DNA of 62,656 bases, filler included. It is 5 parts of 5 records of this genome, joined end to end, with 100 filler letters (N's around TTAATTAATTAA, not from the genome) between each part and the next. Parts side by side here need not be neighbours in the genome. Positions count along the whole stretch, not along the records: positions 57,066 to 62,656 come from SRR20825010_3802; 4 more parts are not named here. One strand, written 5' to 3'. Below are positions 61,332 through 62,656 of this stretch, in pieces (position 1 is the stretch's first letter; every line of letters begins with the position of its first letter). Under the pieces are notes generated by a model. That model saw nothing but the letters and a program-made list of their open reading frames with translations. It was not told the origin of the DNA and made no database searches. Position numbers and translations under genes: made by a program.

Positions 61332-62072
61332 GTGACCGATACGTCCGACAGATCCCTTCGGGGACCGAGCCTCGCGACCGATCCTGAAGCCCGGGAGCCG
61401 GGCGGCCGGGCTTCGGCGGTGGATGATCTCGTGGACAATATCCGCAAGCTGATCTCGGATGGCGGACTGAAGGTCGGCGACAGCCTGCCGACGGAGAAGG
61501 AACTGTGCGAGCGCTTCAACACCGGCCGCAACACGGTGCGCGAGGCGATGCGCATTCTCAAGACCTACGGCGTGGTCAAGGTGCGCCCGAAAGTGGGCGC
61601 CGTCATCATCGACGAGCGCATGGCGCGGGCCTTCGACCTGTTTTCGTTCAACACACTCGAAGTATCGCGCGAGACATTCGTCGACATCCAGGGCTTTCGA
61701 AGCCTGCTCGAGGTGGCGTCCTTCGAATTGCTGTTCGACAAGGTCACGCCTGAAGACATTGCCGAGCTGCGTCAGATCAACACGGAACTCCTGAACGCCG
61801 AGACAGCCGTCAACGCCTCGGAGATCGATTTCCGCTTTCACACCCGCCTGGTGGCGGTGATGGGAAACAAGGCGATTCTCGACGTCTACAAGATCATGAA
61901 GCCGGTGATCGTGAAAATCATGATGAAGGCGAAGACCGTCCAGACATTCGCGACCGTTACGTACTCCGAGCATGCCGCAATCCTGGAGACGATCGAGAAG
62001 CGGGACCGGACGGCCTACCAGTACAGGATGAAGACCCATCTGGACGCCGGCTTCCGGCATTTTTCGGATTAG
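61332..62072 (+). CDS. GntR/FadR-family regulator
   Basis: GDSLPTEKELCERFNTGRNTVREAM winged HTH; FCD motifs DFRFH and EHAAI. Confidence 0.92.
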   Translation: MTDTSDRSLRGPSLATDPEAREPGGRASAVDDLVDNIRKLISDGGLKVGDSLPTEKELCERFNTGRNTVREAMRILKTYGVVKVRPKVGAVIIDERMARAFDLFSFNTLEVSRETFVDIQGFRSLLEVASFELLFDKVTPEDIAELRQINTELLNAETAVNASEIDFRFHTRLVAVMGNKAILDVYKIMKPVIVKIMMKAKTVQTFATVTYSEHAAILETIEKRDRTAYQYRMKTHLDAGFRHFSD

Positions 62073-62186
62073 GGGCAGCCAATATCCGGCCGCACGGCGA
62101 CGACCACGACGCGGCCGAGGAAATGATCGTCACACATCGTGGCATCTGGGAGGGTGCGATGAAGCACCGTAGGAGGAGGAACTAGC

Positions 62187-62656
62187 ATGAAACTAGGAAG
62201 AGTTATTTCAACCGCCGTCGTGGGCCTGATGCTCTCGACAAGCCTGTCCCTGGCAGGTCCCGAGATCGTTTCCGGCCCGGGCGTCGATCCGACCTGCTTC
62301 GCGCCGTGGGATGCCGACACCAAATACATGCAGTGGCCGGCCAAGGCAGGCCCCTACAAGGTCGCCGTGGTCAACGGTTTCGTCGGCAATGGCTGGCGCA
62401 TCCAGATGATCAAGACAGCCAAGGCCTTCGCCGAAGATCCGGCCATGAAGGACAAGATTTCCGAGTTCAAGGTGGTCTCGACGGGAACGGACGCGCCGGC
62501 CCAGCTGGGCGCGATCGAGGACTTCATCAACCAGGGCTATGACGCGATCGTCACGATCGCGGTGTCTCCCGACGGCTTCGACCGGGTGATCCGCCTCGCC
62601 GACAAGAACAATGTGGTGCTGGTGCCGTTCGACAACGTGCTCGACACCGACAAGGT
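62187..62656 (+). CDS. Sugar ABC transporter substrate-binding protein (runs off window end)
   Basis: Manual translation MKLGRVISTAVVGLMLSTSLSLAGPE...NGFVGNGWRIQM...QLGAIEDFINQGYDAIV...VVLVPFDN; AGGAGGAGG RBS. Confidence 0.88.
   Translation, partial: MKLGRVISTAVVGLMLSTSLSLAGPEIVSGPGVDPTCFAPWDADTKYMQWPAKAGPYKVAVVNGFVGNGWRIQMIKTAKAFAEDPAMKDKISEFKVVSTGTDAPAQLGAIEDFINQGYDAIVTIAVSPDGFDRVIRLADKNNVVLVPFDNVLDTDK

Overview
The window is five contigs joined by 100-nt artificial spacers (N44-TTAATTAATTAA-N44), and they appear to come from two phyla. Contig 1 (1-25534), contig 2 (25635-34672) and contig 5 (57066-62656) look alphaproteobacterial (Rhodospirillales-like). Contig 1 carries rpsT-dnaA-dnaN-recF-gyrB, mutM/ubiE/ubiB, coaBC-dut-cysK-moeB, irr/fabA-fabB-fabI and pnp. 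Contig 2 carries molybdo-hydroxylase and AtuA genes. Contig 5 carries a pimD-like gene, a TetR/SMR pair and a GntR/ABC locus. Contigs 3 (34773-43791) and 4 (43892-56965) look planctomycetal (Rhodopirellula-like). They hold a prenyltransferase, flgK, trpB, coaD, an RluB-like synthase, a CAT-anticodon tRNA, bioF, a sulfatase, two MMPL transporters and a transaldolase, and each end falls in a REP-like repeat. Most content is housekeeping. The best leads are: (1) a stand-alone protein at 27925-28710 whose motifs resemble a BID type IV secretion signal domain with a basic C-tail; (2) a divergent Cro/XRE-HTH+PAS-like regulator and ribbon-helix-helix gene pair whose intergenic DNA has three copies of the palindrome TTCCCA-N6-TGGGAA; (3) an insert between ubiB and coaBC holding an azoreductase/LysR pair and a DUF4160/DUF2442-HTH toxin-antitoxin pair, each with visible operator-like sites. 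No CRISPR array, rRNA, integrase or transposase was seen. Family assignments come from motif recognition, not database searches.
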